From Aquamicrobium sp. (GTDB lineage Bacteria > Pseudomonadota > Alphaproteobacteria > Rhizobiales > Rhizobiaceae): 64,000 nt of DNA. The stretch's first letter is position 1. Every line of letters begins with the position of its first letter. The translations under genes and the position numbers were made by a program. The DNA lies in contig NZ_JAMLIE010000005.1 of the NCBI RefSeq assembly GCF_023954335.1, positions 30,965 to 94,964 of the forward strand. Reading direction: 5' to 3'. The notes below the pieces were generated by a model, which ran no database searches, had not been told where the DNA came from, and saw only the letters and a program-made list of their open reading frames with translations. This document shows, one piece after another, positions 50,405-59,173 of the stretch.

Positions 50405-51250
50405 ATGCGAAGCAAGCTTTTCGTTCCCGGCTCGCGCCCGGAACTGTTCTCGAAGGCGTTGGCGTCGGACGCCGATGCGGTATCGTTCGATCTTGAGGAC
50501 TCCGTCGTCGAGGAGCGGAAAGAAGCGGCCCGGGCCAGCGTCGCCCGGCTCCTCGCACAGCAGCCGGGGGATGGCGGCAAGGCGCTTGTCGTGCGCATCA
50601 ACGGCCTGGATAGCCCTCATTTCGCGGCGGACCTGCACGCCCTGGCCCCGCTGCCGAACATCATTCTCAACCTGCCGAAGATCGATTCGGCCGAACAGCT
50701 CAAGGCGGCGCTGGCCCGGGCGCCGCGCCGCGAGGACGGTCAGCCGCATCGGGTGCTCGCCAACATCGAGAGCCCCGCGGGCCTGCGCAATGCGGCGGCC
50801 ATCGCCGCCGTCGACGGCGTCATGGGTCTCCAGATCGGTTTCGGCGACCTGTTCATAACGCTGGGCGCCAGGCACATGCCGGAGCTTGTCCGGCATGTGC
50901 GCATCGCCGTCCGGCTCGCCGCGGCCGAGGCCTCGATCCCCTGCTTCGACGGGGCGTTCGTGAACGTGGCCGACGAAGCCGGCTTCGTCGCCGAGGCCGA
51001 GGCGGCCCGCGCGCTGGGCTTTTCCGGCAAGAGCTGCATTCATCCCCGCCAGATAGCGGCGGCCAATCGGGCCTTCCTGCCCACCGACGAGGAGCTCGCC
51101 GCGGCGCGCGCGATTGTCGAGGCAGCCGAGGCAAGGGCCGGCATCGGCGCCTTCATGTTGGACGGGCGGATGATCGACTTCCCCTTTATCGAGCAGGCCC
51201 GCCGCCAATTGAGGATGGCCACGGCCTATGCGCATTCAGAAGGCATGTGA
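50405..51250 (+). CDS. CitE/HpcH-family acyl-CoA lyase
   Basis: RSKLFVPG, DLEDSV, VRIN, PK, IESP.G, GKSCIHPRQI. Confidence 0.9.
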   Translation: MRSKLFVPGSRPELFSKALASDADAVSFDLEDSVVEERKEAARASVARLLAQQPGDGGKALVVRINGLDSPHFAADLHALAPLPNIILNLPKIDSAEQLKAALARAPRREDGQPHRVLANIESPAGLRNAAAIAAVDGVMGLQIGFGDLFITLGARHMPELVRHVRIAVRLAAAEASIPCFDGAFVNVADEAGFVAEAEAARALGFSGKSCIHPRQIAAANRAFLPTDEELAAARAIVEAAEARAGIGAFMLDGRMIDFPFIEQARRQLRMATAYAHSEGM

Positions 51251-51254
51251 TTGA

Positions 51255-52490
51255 ATGAAGACGACCCGGACTGACCATGTATCCGCCCATGCGGACCCAC
51301 TGCCGGACCCACTGCCGGGCCCGCTGTCGGGCCTGAAGGTCGTCGACTGCGCGACGTTGTTCGCCGGCCCCCTGTGCGCCTCGATGCTGGGAGATTTCGG
51401 CGCGGACGTCATCAAGATCGAGCACCCGACCGGAGACCCGCTTCGCCGGATGGGCTACGAGAAGGACGGCCACGGCCTGTGGTGGAAGGTCGTCTCGCGC
51501 AACAAGAGGACGATCGCGCTGAATCTGAAGGAGCCGGAAGACAAGGAAATCTTCAAGGCGCTGATCTCGGAGGCCGACGTCCTGGTCGAGAACTTCCGCA
51601 CCGGAACGCTCGAAAGCTGGGGACTGGGCTGGGAGGACCTCCAGGCGATCAATCCGAAGCTGGTCATGCTGCGGGTCACGGGCTTCGGCCAGACCGGCCC
51701 CTATGCCCGCCGGGCCGGATTCGGCACGCTCGCCGAGGCCATGAGCGGTTTCGCGCATGTGACCGGAGAGCCGGACGGCGCCCCCACCCTGCCGCCGTTC
51801 GGCCTGGCCGACGGCGTCGCCGCCTACTGGGGCACGTTCGCCGTGATGTTCGCGCTCTACGAGCGGGACGCCAAAGGCTCGGGCCTCGGGCAGTATATCG
51901 ACCTCGCGATCTACGAGCCGCTGTTCTCGCTACTGGGCGCTCAGGCCACCGTTTTCGACCAGCTCGGCATCATCCAGAACCGCACGGGCAACCGCTCCGT
52001 GAACAACGCGCCGCGCAACGCCTATCGCACGCGCGAGGGACGCTGGGTCGCTCTGTCGGCCGCGGCGCCTTCCATCGTCCAGCGTGTCCTGACATTGACC
52101 GGCGGCAGCGAATGGGCGGCCGACCCGCGCTTCGCGACGACCGAGGGGCGGCTGGCCGCGGTCGACGAGATCGACGAGGTGATCGGCGGATGGATCGGCG
52201 AACGCAGCCTCGCCGAGGTGATCAGCGCGTTCGAGAAGGCCAATGCCGCCATCGCCCCAATCTACGATATCGAGCAGGCGATGAGCGACCCGCAGTTCAT
52301 CGCGAGGCAGACGGTCACGCATATCGATGACGAGGATCTGGGACTCATGGCGATGCAGAACGTGTTTCCCCGCATGTCGCGGACGCCGGGCAGGATTCGC
52401 TGGGGCGGGCCGCGGGTCGACCAGCACCGCGCCGAGATTCTCGACGAGCTGAAGGCCGGCAAGCGGCAGGGCGCGGAGTCCGGACGATGA
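51255..52490 (+). CDS. CaiB/BaiF class III CoA-transferase
   Basis: GP...MLGDFGADVIKIEHP.GD, ENFR.G, GFGQTGP, LADG. Confidence 0.92.
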   Translation: MKTTRTDHVSAHADPLPDPLPGPLSGLKVVDCATLFAGPLCASMLGDFGADVIKIEHPTGDPLRRMGYEKDGHGLWWKVVSRNKRTIALNLKEPEDKEIFKALISEADVLVENFRTGTLESWGLGWEDLQAINPKLVMLRVTGFGQTGPYARRAGFGTLAEAMSGFAHVTGEPDGAPTLPPFGLADGVAAYWGTFAVMFALYERDAKGSGLGQYIDLAIYEPLFSLLGAQATVFDQLGIIQNRTGNRSVNNAPRNAYRTREGRWVALSAAAPSIVQRVLTLTGGSEWAADPRFATTEGRLAAVDEIDEVIGGWIGERSLAEVISAFEKANAAIAPIYDIEQAMSDPQFIARQTVTHIDDEDLGLMAMQNVFPRMSRTPGRIRWGGPRVDQHRAEILDELKAGKRQGAESGR

Positions 52491-53197
52491 GGCCCTGGGA
52501 CCGGTATCTGGACGACGAGGTGCGCGGCGTCATTGCCAAGGCAAGGTTCTCGCGCCGCATCGGGCTCGGGAAGAAGCCGTGCATCGTCGCGATCGACTGC
52601 CAGAAATACATGGTCGGCGAAGAGGGCGCGGACGAATTGTGGCCTTCCAGCTGCGGCGCCTTCGGCCGCGCGAATCTGGAGCGCGGCGCCCATCTCGTCA
52701 GGTCGGCCCAGCAGATGGGCATTCCGGTGTTCTTCACGCTGTTCGAGGTCGATCCGAACGGCGCCGACATCGGGGTCTACGGCCGCAAGCGCGACCTGCT
52801 CCGCTCCGACAAATGGTGCCTGGCAGGCACGGAAGGCGCCGAGCTGGCCGAAAGCTTCCGGCCGTCCGCGCGCGACATCGTCTTCGTCAAGAAGAAGCCT
52901 TCCGGCTTCCACGGCACGCCTCTGCTCGGCTACCTGATCGATCGGGCCATCGACACGGTGATCATCATCGGCGGCGCGACGTCGAATTGCGTCAGGGCGA
53001 CCGTGTTCGACAGCGCGTCCTACAATTTCAGGACCATCGTCGCCGAGGATGCGGTGTTCGACCGGATACCCATCTCCCACGCCATCAGCCTGTTCGACAT
53101 GGACCGTCAGTTTGCCGACGTCCTGCCCGTCGACGACATTCTCGACGCCCTCCGCAAGGATCATGCGGAGAGCGGGACGGTCGCGCGGCAAGCCTGA
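52487..53197 (+). CDS. Isochorismatase-family cysteine amidohydrolase (NicF-like)
   Basis: IDCQ, KKKPSGF.GT, GATSNCVRAT triad. Confidence 0.88.
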   Translation: MRPWDRYLDDEVRGVIAKARFSRRIGLGKKPCIVAIDCQKYMVGEEGADELWPSSCGAFGRANLERGAHLVRSAQQMGIPVFFTLFEVDPNGADIGVYGRKRDLLRSDKWCLAGTEGAELAESFRPSARDIVFVKKKPSGFHGTPLLGYLIDRAIDTVIIIGGATSNCVRATVFDSASYNFRTIVAEDAVFDRIPISHAISLFDMDRQFADVLPVDDILDALRKDHAESGTVARQA

Positions 53198-53229
53198 CGG
53201 CGCCTTGCGGCAAGGCGGGAAAGGCAGGC

Positions 53230-53415
53230 TCAGGCGGCCAGGATCGCGTCTATCGCGTCTTCGAGTTGCTTGTCTGCGGCGGCCAGCCTGGTCTCGATGG
53301 CCTTGAGCGTTTCCTCGTCGTCGTGGCGGCGAACTTGTGCCCTTGCAATGTCCTCCTCGACACGCTCGGGGGCCGGACCGAGGCTATACGCGCCTGCTGC
53401 TCGCCTCTGTGCCAA
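53230..53415 (-). CDS. Possible small helical protein or gene remnant
   Basis: ...EEDIARAQVRRHDDEETLKAIETRLAAADKQLEDAIDAILAA*; start uncertain and overlaps the GGDEF tail. Confidence 0.25.
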   Translation of the reverse strand: MAQRRAAGAYSLGPAPERVEEDIARAQVRRHDDEETLKAIETRLAAADKQLEDAIDAILAA

Positions 53416-54790
53416 AGCTCGGCACCGGCTGGCTCGGCGGGCTGGAGAACGACCCCGCCTTCTCGCGCGTCGGCCGGGCATCGCTGCTCGGCAACGGCTG
53501 ACGGCCGGCGGGCCCGGCTACGGCAGCAGGCACCAGCGGCGGGGGCGTCTTTATCCGCCCGCGCCCGGCGCTGGCGGCTCTTCCGGTGCGGGGGCCGGCG
53601 ACGGAATGTACCTCGTCGGCGTGGCAAAGGCGGTCGCGGCCGCTCGCCTTGGCCCGGTAGAGCGCGTCGTCGGCGCGCTTGAGGACATCGTCCATCGCCA
53701 TGCCCGGATGCGCGGCGGCGCTGCCTATGCTGACCGTCATCGGGGCGAGCGCCCGGCCGGTATCGAGCGGGTTGTCCCTGACCGCCTGCATGATCGTCTC
53801 CGCCACGGTGGCCGCGGCTGCGTTTGCGCTCGCCGGCAGCAGGACGGCGAACTCCTCGCCGCCGAGCCGGCCGAGGCTGGCCCGCGGCGGCAGGACTGTC
53901 GAGGCGACCTCGACGAAATGCCGGAGCGCCTTGTCGCCGACGGCGTGGCCGTGGCGGTCGTTGAGCTGCTTGAAATGGTCGAGGTCGAGGAACAGCAGCG
54001 TCCCCGCGCCGCCGTCGCGGCCCTGCGCGAAATGGCGCGAGCAGGCGTCGATGAACGCGCGCCGCGACAGCGCGCCGGTCAGGTCGTCATAGGCCAGCGC
54101 CCGCTCCAGCCTCGCGACGGTCCGTCCCTGAACGAGCAGGATCGCCGACAGGTAGACCAGCGGGAACACGAGGATGCGGATGGACGAGACGGCGAGGTTC
54201 CACGCCGTCGGGTCGGCGAAGTAGCTCGAGCCGTCGATGCCCGACGCGATCGTCACGAACCTCGCCAGGAAGAAGGCCGAGACCGTGGAGGCCGAGACGA
54301 TCGCGAACACGACGAACGCGGCCGGCGCGTCGGCGTTTCCCCGGCCGCGCCAGATCGTGCGGGCGATGGCGGCGAAGATGACGGAGGCCGTCCCGGCGCC
54401 GATGACGCTGGTGACGCCGCCCTGGATAAGTGCGAAGGCGACGTGGAAAACGGTGAACGCCGCGACGACGGCCGCGATGGTGAGCGGGCGCAGCGCCGGC
54501 ATCGACAGGAACTGCCGGAAGCTCGACAGCAAAAGCAGGCAGGCGAGAATGACCAGCGGCGATTCCGGCAGGCCGATCAGGTTGGGCGGCAGGACCAGCT
54601 TTCCGGCGGCGCCGAGCCCGATGGCGAACGAGCCCAGCATGGCCGAGGCGGCGAAGCTCGACAGGCCCGCCACCCGCGACGCGCGCAGGCAAAGGAAGAT
54701 GATCGCCATGATGGCGATGGCGATGGCCGAGGCGATGAGGATGAAAGTCACGTGATATGCCGCCCTGCGCTCGCCCCCGATCCGCCGCAC
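53384..54790 (-). CDS. Membrane-bound diguanylate cyclase
   Basis: About 7 TM segments, DDLTG.LSRRAF, DLDHFK.LND..GH..GD, RLGGEEF, ADDALY.AK..GR; start uncertain. Confidence 0.88.
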   Translation of the reverse strand: MRRIGGERRAAYHVTFILIASAIAIAIMAIIFLCLRASRVAGLSSFAASAMLGSFAIGLGAAGKLVLPPNLIGLPESPLVILACLLLLSSFRQFLSMPALRPLTIAAVVAAFTVFHVAFALIQGGVTSVIGAGTASVIFAAIARTIWRGRGNADAPAAFVVFAIVSASTVSAFFLARFVTIASGIDGSSYFADPTAWNLAVSSIRILVFPLVYLSAILLVQGRTVARLERALAYDDLTGALSRRAFIDACSRHFAQGRDGGAGTLLFLDLDHFKQLNDRHGHAVGDKALRHFVEVASTVLPPRASLGRLGGEEFAVLLPASANAAAATVAETIMQAVRDNPLDTGRALAPMTVSIGSAAAHPGMAMDDVLKRADDALYRAKASGRDRLCHADEVHSVAGPRTGRAASAGRGRIKTPPPLVPAAVAGPAGRQPLPSSDARPTREKAGSFSSPPSQPVPSFGTEASSRRV

Positions 54791-54884
54791 CGAAACCCAT
54801 GCCCTAGGGATAGGCGATCTTCCTCAACGTCAGGTTAGGCGGTCGAGGAAAATCTTAGCGATCGGCGCGCGGCCCTGTGGATAT

Positions 54885-55823
54885 TCACTCCAGCTCGACG
54901 GCGATGTCCTCGACAGCCGGCGCCTTGCCGATCAGCCCGCGCCCGGCCATGAAGGCGCCGAAGCGGGCGTAGCGGGCGCGGTCGAGGGCGAAGGGCCGCT
55001 TGGCGAAGCGCGGCAGCGTGTCGGTCCAGGCCTGACGGTTGAGCGCGTTGTCGAGGTCGGGATAGGCGCGCACGAACAGCGCCCAGCTCTCCTGCGGATG
55101 GTTGGTCAGGTGCACCGCGCCCTGCTCGACCGCCTCGAGGAAGCGCTTGAGGCGCGCGTCGCCGGCGAGGTCGGGCCGGGTGACGAAGATCAGCTCGTCA
55201 TAGGCCGGAACGCCGTTCTCCTCGGGAAAGAAGGCGCGGCCTTCATGGCCTTCGAGCCGGATCTGGGTCAGCTCGAAATTGCGGAAGCCGCCGATGGTGG
55301 CGTCGACCTGCCCGGAGATCAGCGAGGCGGTCAGCGCGAAATTGACGTTGACCAGCTCGACGCTCTTCGGGTCGACGCCGGCCGTTTCCAGCATCTGCCC
55401 GAGCATCGCGTCCTCGAAGCCAGAGACGGAGAAGCCGATGCGCTTGCCGGCGAGGTCGCCGATCTCCTTGATCGGGCCGTCGGCGAGGACGGTCAGCGTG
55501 TTGAGCGGCGTCTCGACCAGCGTGCCGAACCGGACGAGCGGCACGCCGGCCGCGTGGTCGAGATAAAGGTTCGGCTGGTAGTGGATGCCGATATCGGCCT
55601 GGCCGGAGGCGACGGCGCGCGGCACGATCGACGGGTCGGACGGCGGCAGCAGCTCGACCTCGAGCCCGGCCTTCTCGAACAGGCCGAGCTCGCGCGCCAC
55701 CACCAGCGGCGCGTGGTCGGGATTGACGAACCATTCGAGCAGGACGGTGAGCCTGTCGGCGGCTTGCGCCGCGCCGCCCATGGCGAGGCCGAGGAGAAGG
55801 GCGAGGGCCGTCTTGCGTATCAT
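54885..55823 (-). CDS. thiY: NMT1/THI5-like ABC substrate-binding protein (ThiY-like)
   Basis: Signal peptide, LEWFVNPDHAP, YQP, NFE, YDEL; downstream of a TPP riboswitch. Confidence 0.85.
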   Translation of the reverse strand: MIRKTALALLLGLAMGGAAQAADRLTVLLEWFVNPDHAPLVVARELGLFEKAGLEVELLPPSDPSIVPRAVASGQADIGIHYQPNLYLDHAAGVPLVRFGTLVETPLNTLTVLADGPIKEIGDLAGKRIGFSVSGFEDAMLGQMLETAGVDPKSVELVNVNFALTASLISGQVDATIGGFRNFELTQIRLEGHEGRAFFPEENGVPAYDELIFVTRPDLAGDARLKRFLEAVEQGAVHLTNHPQESWALFVRAYPDLDNALNRQAWTDTLPRFAKRPFALDRARYARFGAFMAGRGLIGKAPAVEDIAVELE

Positions 55824-55858
55824 CTTCGGTTTCCTTTTGTCGGGTTGGTGAAGGGGGA

Positions 55859-56602
55859 TCATCGTTCCTGCGCCCAGGGCGTGAGGCGCGGCGCCAGCGC
55901 GTCGACCGCCCGGCGCAGGGCGAGCGTCAGCACGGCGAGGATCGCCATCGCCGCGAACACCGTGTCGGTCTGCATGCGGGCATTGGCCTGGATCATGACG
56001 AAGCCGAGCCCCGCCGAGGCGCCGACCCATTCGCCGACCACCGCGCCGAGCGGCGCCAGCGGCGCGGCGACGCGCAGGCCGGAGATCAGCGCCGGCAGCG
56101 CCAGCGGCGCGCGCACGTGGACGAGCGCCTGCCAGCGGCTCGCCGATGTCAGCGCCGTCGCGTCGAGGATCTCGGGGTCGATGCGGCGCAGGCCGTCGGC
56201 GAAGGCCGAGGCGACCGGAAAGAAGATGATGAGCGTCGTCATCACCACCTTCGAGGCCATGCCGAAGCCGAACCACAGGACGAGGACGGGCGCGAGGACG
56301 AAGACGGGAAAGGCCTGCAATACCAGCACCAGCGGCCAGACCATGCGGCCGAACCGCGGCAGCGCCGCGACGGCGAGCGCGGTCGCGATGCCGAGCAGCG
56401 TCCCCGCCGCGAAGCCGGCGGCGATCTCGCCCGTCGTCACCAGCGTGTGGTCGAGGAGGTGGCGCCACTGGCGCGGGAAAACCGCGATGACGTCGAGGGG
56501 CGCGGGCAGGATGTAGCGCGGCGGCGCGACCAGCCACACGATGGCCTGCCACGCCGCGACCAGCGTCAGCATCGTCCGCACCGCCCCCGACAAGGCGCGC
56601 AT
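55859..56602 (-). CDS. thiX: ABC permease (ThiX-like)
   Basis: LPAPLDV, APVLVLWFGFG, FFPV, GAVVGEW; TPP riboswitch context. Confidence 0.82.
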   Translation of the reverse strand: MRALSGAVRTMLTLVAAWQAIVWLVAPPRYILPAPLDVIAVFPRQWRHLLDHTLVTTGEIAAGFAAGTLLGIATALAVAALPRFGRMVWPLVLVLQAFPVFVLAPVLVLWFGFGMASKVVMTTLIIFFPVASAFADGLRRIDPEILDATALTSASRWQALVHVRAPLALPALISGLRVAAPLAPLGAVVGEWVGASAGLGFVMIQANARMQTDTVFAAMAILAVLTLALRRAVDALAPRLTPWAQER

Positions 56603-56728
56603 CGCTTTTCTCCTACCGGCGGGAAGCGGGTGGCTCGGGCAGGGATAGAAGAAGCATGGGCGATCTCCCGACTTTCATCACGGAGATCCGGTTGAGCGAA
56701 GAAGAGGAAATCGGCCTTGGCCCTTGTT

Positions 56729-56815
56729 CCGTTCCTACGCCGGCATGATCCGGATCAGGTTCAAGGGTCCGGCTCACCGCCGTCTCAGCGCCGTTCGGCG
56801 CTCCCCTCGGAATGG
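56729..56815 (-). promoter_or_regulatory. TPP (THI-box) riboswitch
   Basis: Minus strand: CCATTCC-GAGGGG...GCTGAGA...CCCTTGAACCTGATCCGGATCATGCCGGCGTAGGAACGG. Confidence 0.95.
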
Positions 56816-56882
56816 ATCATCTCTAGAGCGCCGGCCGCCGCGCCGTCAAGCCTTTCGATCGAAGGCGGTGCGGCGCGGAACG

Positions 56883-57323
56883 CTATTGCGCCGGATCGCC
56901 GGTGTCGCCCTGCAATCCGGCCGCCTCGATGCCGTGGAGGGCGCAGATCTCGTCGTTCGGCGAGGTGTCGCCGCTGATGCCCACCGCGCCGACGATGCCG
57001 CCCGCCGCGTCGCGCACGAGCACGCCGCCCGGCACGGGCACCATGCGGCCCTGCGACATGTCGGACAGCGCGTTGAAGAAGTGCGGCAGGGCCTCGGCGC
57101 GGCGGGCGAGCTCGCGTCCGCCGAAGCCCATGCCGAGCGTGCCCCACGCCTTGCCGGTCGCGATCTGCGGCCGCAGGAGCGAGGAGCCGTCCTCGCGCAT
57201 CATGCAGACGGTGACGCCGCCGGCATCGAGGACGACGACGGTCAGCGGCGCCAGCCCGAGTTCGCGGCCTTTCGCCAGGGACTGCGTGCAGATCGTCTGC
57301 GCCTGCGCCAGTGTCACGGTCAT
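56883..57323 (-). CDS. GlcG/HbpS-like heme-binding protein
   Basis: VVVLDAGG, ATGKAW, GGVLV...G.IVGAVGISG, DE.CA..G. Confidence 0.88.
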   Translation of the reverse strand: MTVTLAQAQTICTQSLAKGRELGLAPLTVVVLDAGGVTVCMMREDGSSLLRPQIATGKAWGTLGMGFGGRELARRAEALPHFFNALSDMSQGRMVPVPGGVLVRDAAGGIVGAVGISGDTSPNDEICALHGIEAAGLQGDTGDPAQ

Positions 57324-57349
57324 CGTCTTGCCCTTCCCTGTCGTCGTGT

Positions 57350-58021
57350 TCACACGCCCTGCGGCGCGACCGGCTCCCCGGCGAGGCCGCGCGCGTCGAA
57401 GATGCGCCTTATCGCCGCCGCGGCTTTCGCGTTCTCCAGGAACTCCGCGACAAGCGCCGACGCCTGCGGCCTGTCCTTCGGGACGGCGATGGAGATGCTG
57501 GTCTCCTGGAACGCGTCCTCCATGACGACGGAGCCGGGGAACCGCGGCTGAACGGCGCGCAGATAGTCCTCCGAAAGCGCGATCGCGTCCACCGCGCCGT
57601 GACCGAACCGGGCGACGGCCTCGTCGACGTCGCGCGCCTCGCTGGCGCGTTCGCCGCCGAAGGTGCGGATCGCGGCGCGCAGCGTCGTGGTGCCGGCGAT
57701 GCCGACGAAGGCCATTCCGCGCGCCCGGTACTCGGCGATGGTGCGGCTCGCCGCGCTGCCCGCGATCAGGAACGTGCTGCGCAGCAGGTAATAGGCCGGG
57801 CCGAACGCGACCTTGGCGCGGCGTATGTCGTCCACCGGCATGAAGGCGACGTCGATCTCGCCGCGCGCCAGCGCGTCGGTGCATTCCCCCGAATTGGGAA
57901 AGACGCCGAAGTCGACGGCGAGGCCGAGCGTCCCGCCCAGCGCAAGGAAGATATCGGCGGTGACGCCGTGCGGCGCGCCGTCCTCGCCGACGGCGACGAA
58001 GAAGACGCCGGCTTCCGGCGC
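57350..58021 (-). pseudogene. 5'-truncated family-3 solute-binding protein
   Basis: The frame reads APEAGVFFV...PHGVTADIF...GEIDVAFMPVDD...AFQETSISIAVPK. No start codon upstream, and an in-frame TGA at 58040-58042. Confidence 0.7.
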
Positions 58022-58041
58022 GCGTCGCCGGGTCGACCGTC

Positions 58042-59151
58042 ATGCCCGGCCTCATCGACACCCATATCCATTTCGCGATGTGGGGAATGGACCTGATCGG
58101 GCATCAGGGCAGCAGCCTCGCCTATCTCGCGTCCGAGACGGTCTTCAACATGGACTACGTGCTGCGCGGCGGGTGCACGGCCGCCCGCGATCTCGGCGGA
58201 CTGGACGCCGGCTTTCGCGACGCGGTCGCCCAGGGCCTCGTTTCGGGGCCGGAGATACAGACGAGCATCACGTTCCTGACGCCGACCAGCAGCGTCCTGG
58301 ACCGCACCACCAGGCACGGCATCAAGTCGCCGCCGTTTCCGGGCACGCCCTATCCGGTCTGCGACGGCCCCGACGAGGTCCGCCAGCGCGTGCGCGAATG
58401 CGCCCGGGCCGGCGCCGACGTGATCAAGATCGGCTCGACCGGCGCGGTGAGCTCCGCCAAGTGCCCGCCCTGGAAGCCGGCTTTCAACCGCGCGGAGGTG
58501 GAGGCGGCCGTCGACGAGGCGCACGCGCTCGACCTGCCGATCGCCTGCCACGCGGTCTCCGGGCCGGGCGTCGGCGTCGCCATCGAAGCCGGCGTCGACA
58601 CGCTGGAGCACGGCGCGGAGCTGACGCCGCGCCTCGCCGACATGCTTGCGGAGAAGGGCATCTGGTATATCCCCACCCTCGCCGCCTACAGGCTGCATGC
58701 GGAAAACGGCCCCGACTGGAAAAAGGAACGCGCGCGGCAGGTGGAGGCCCAGCACCGCGAAAGCGTGAAGATGGTGCTGAAGGCCGGCGCGCCGATCGCG
58801 ATGGGCTCGGACGCGGGCGGCTACGGCCTCGACTTCGCGCTCGAGCTGCAGATGCTGGTCGAGGCCGGCCTGACGCCGCATCAGGCGCTGGTCTCCGGAA
58901 CCGGGGATGCGGCGCGCTGCATCAACATCGCCGACCGCACCGGCACGTTGAGGAAGGGCATGCAGGCCGACATTCTCGTCGTCGACGGCAACCCGTTCGA
59001 CGATGTCGGCATCCTGCGCCGGCGCGAAAGGCTCGGGCTCGTCATGAAGGCGGGCAGGGCCGTCTGCGGCCGTCTGGCAGGGTCCATTTCTGAAAAGGGC
59101 GGCGCGGGCGGTGCGCGCACCGGCGACCTCGGCCGCCGCTTCTTCAGCTGA
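58042..59151 (+). pseudogene. Metal-dependent amidohydrolase (subgroup A) missing its N-terminal strands
   Basis: Begins VAGSTV-MPGLIDTHIH; ADVIKI, ACHA, LEHG, MGSDAGG, ADILVVDGNP intact; no RBS or N-terminal beta domain. Confidence 0.7.
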
Positions 59152-59173
59152 CGAACGCATGAGGCATGACGCG

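Noticed and set aside
46018-53240. CTCAG(T/G)CGGCCA at both ends of the lower-GC block as att sites
   Set aside because: Short, imperfect and explained by similar GCC-GxC-TGA stop contexts; no integrase or tRNA nearby.
56883-58061. 392-aa ORF ending in a GlcG domain
   Set aside because: GlcG has its own RBS and ATG at 57323; the extension is an off-frame reading of the truncated binding-protein gene.
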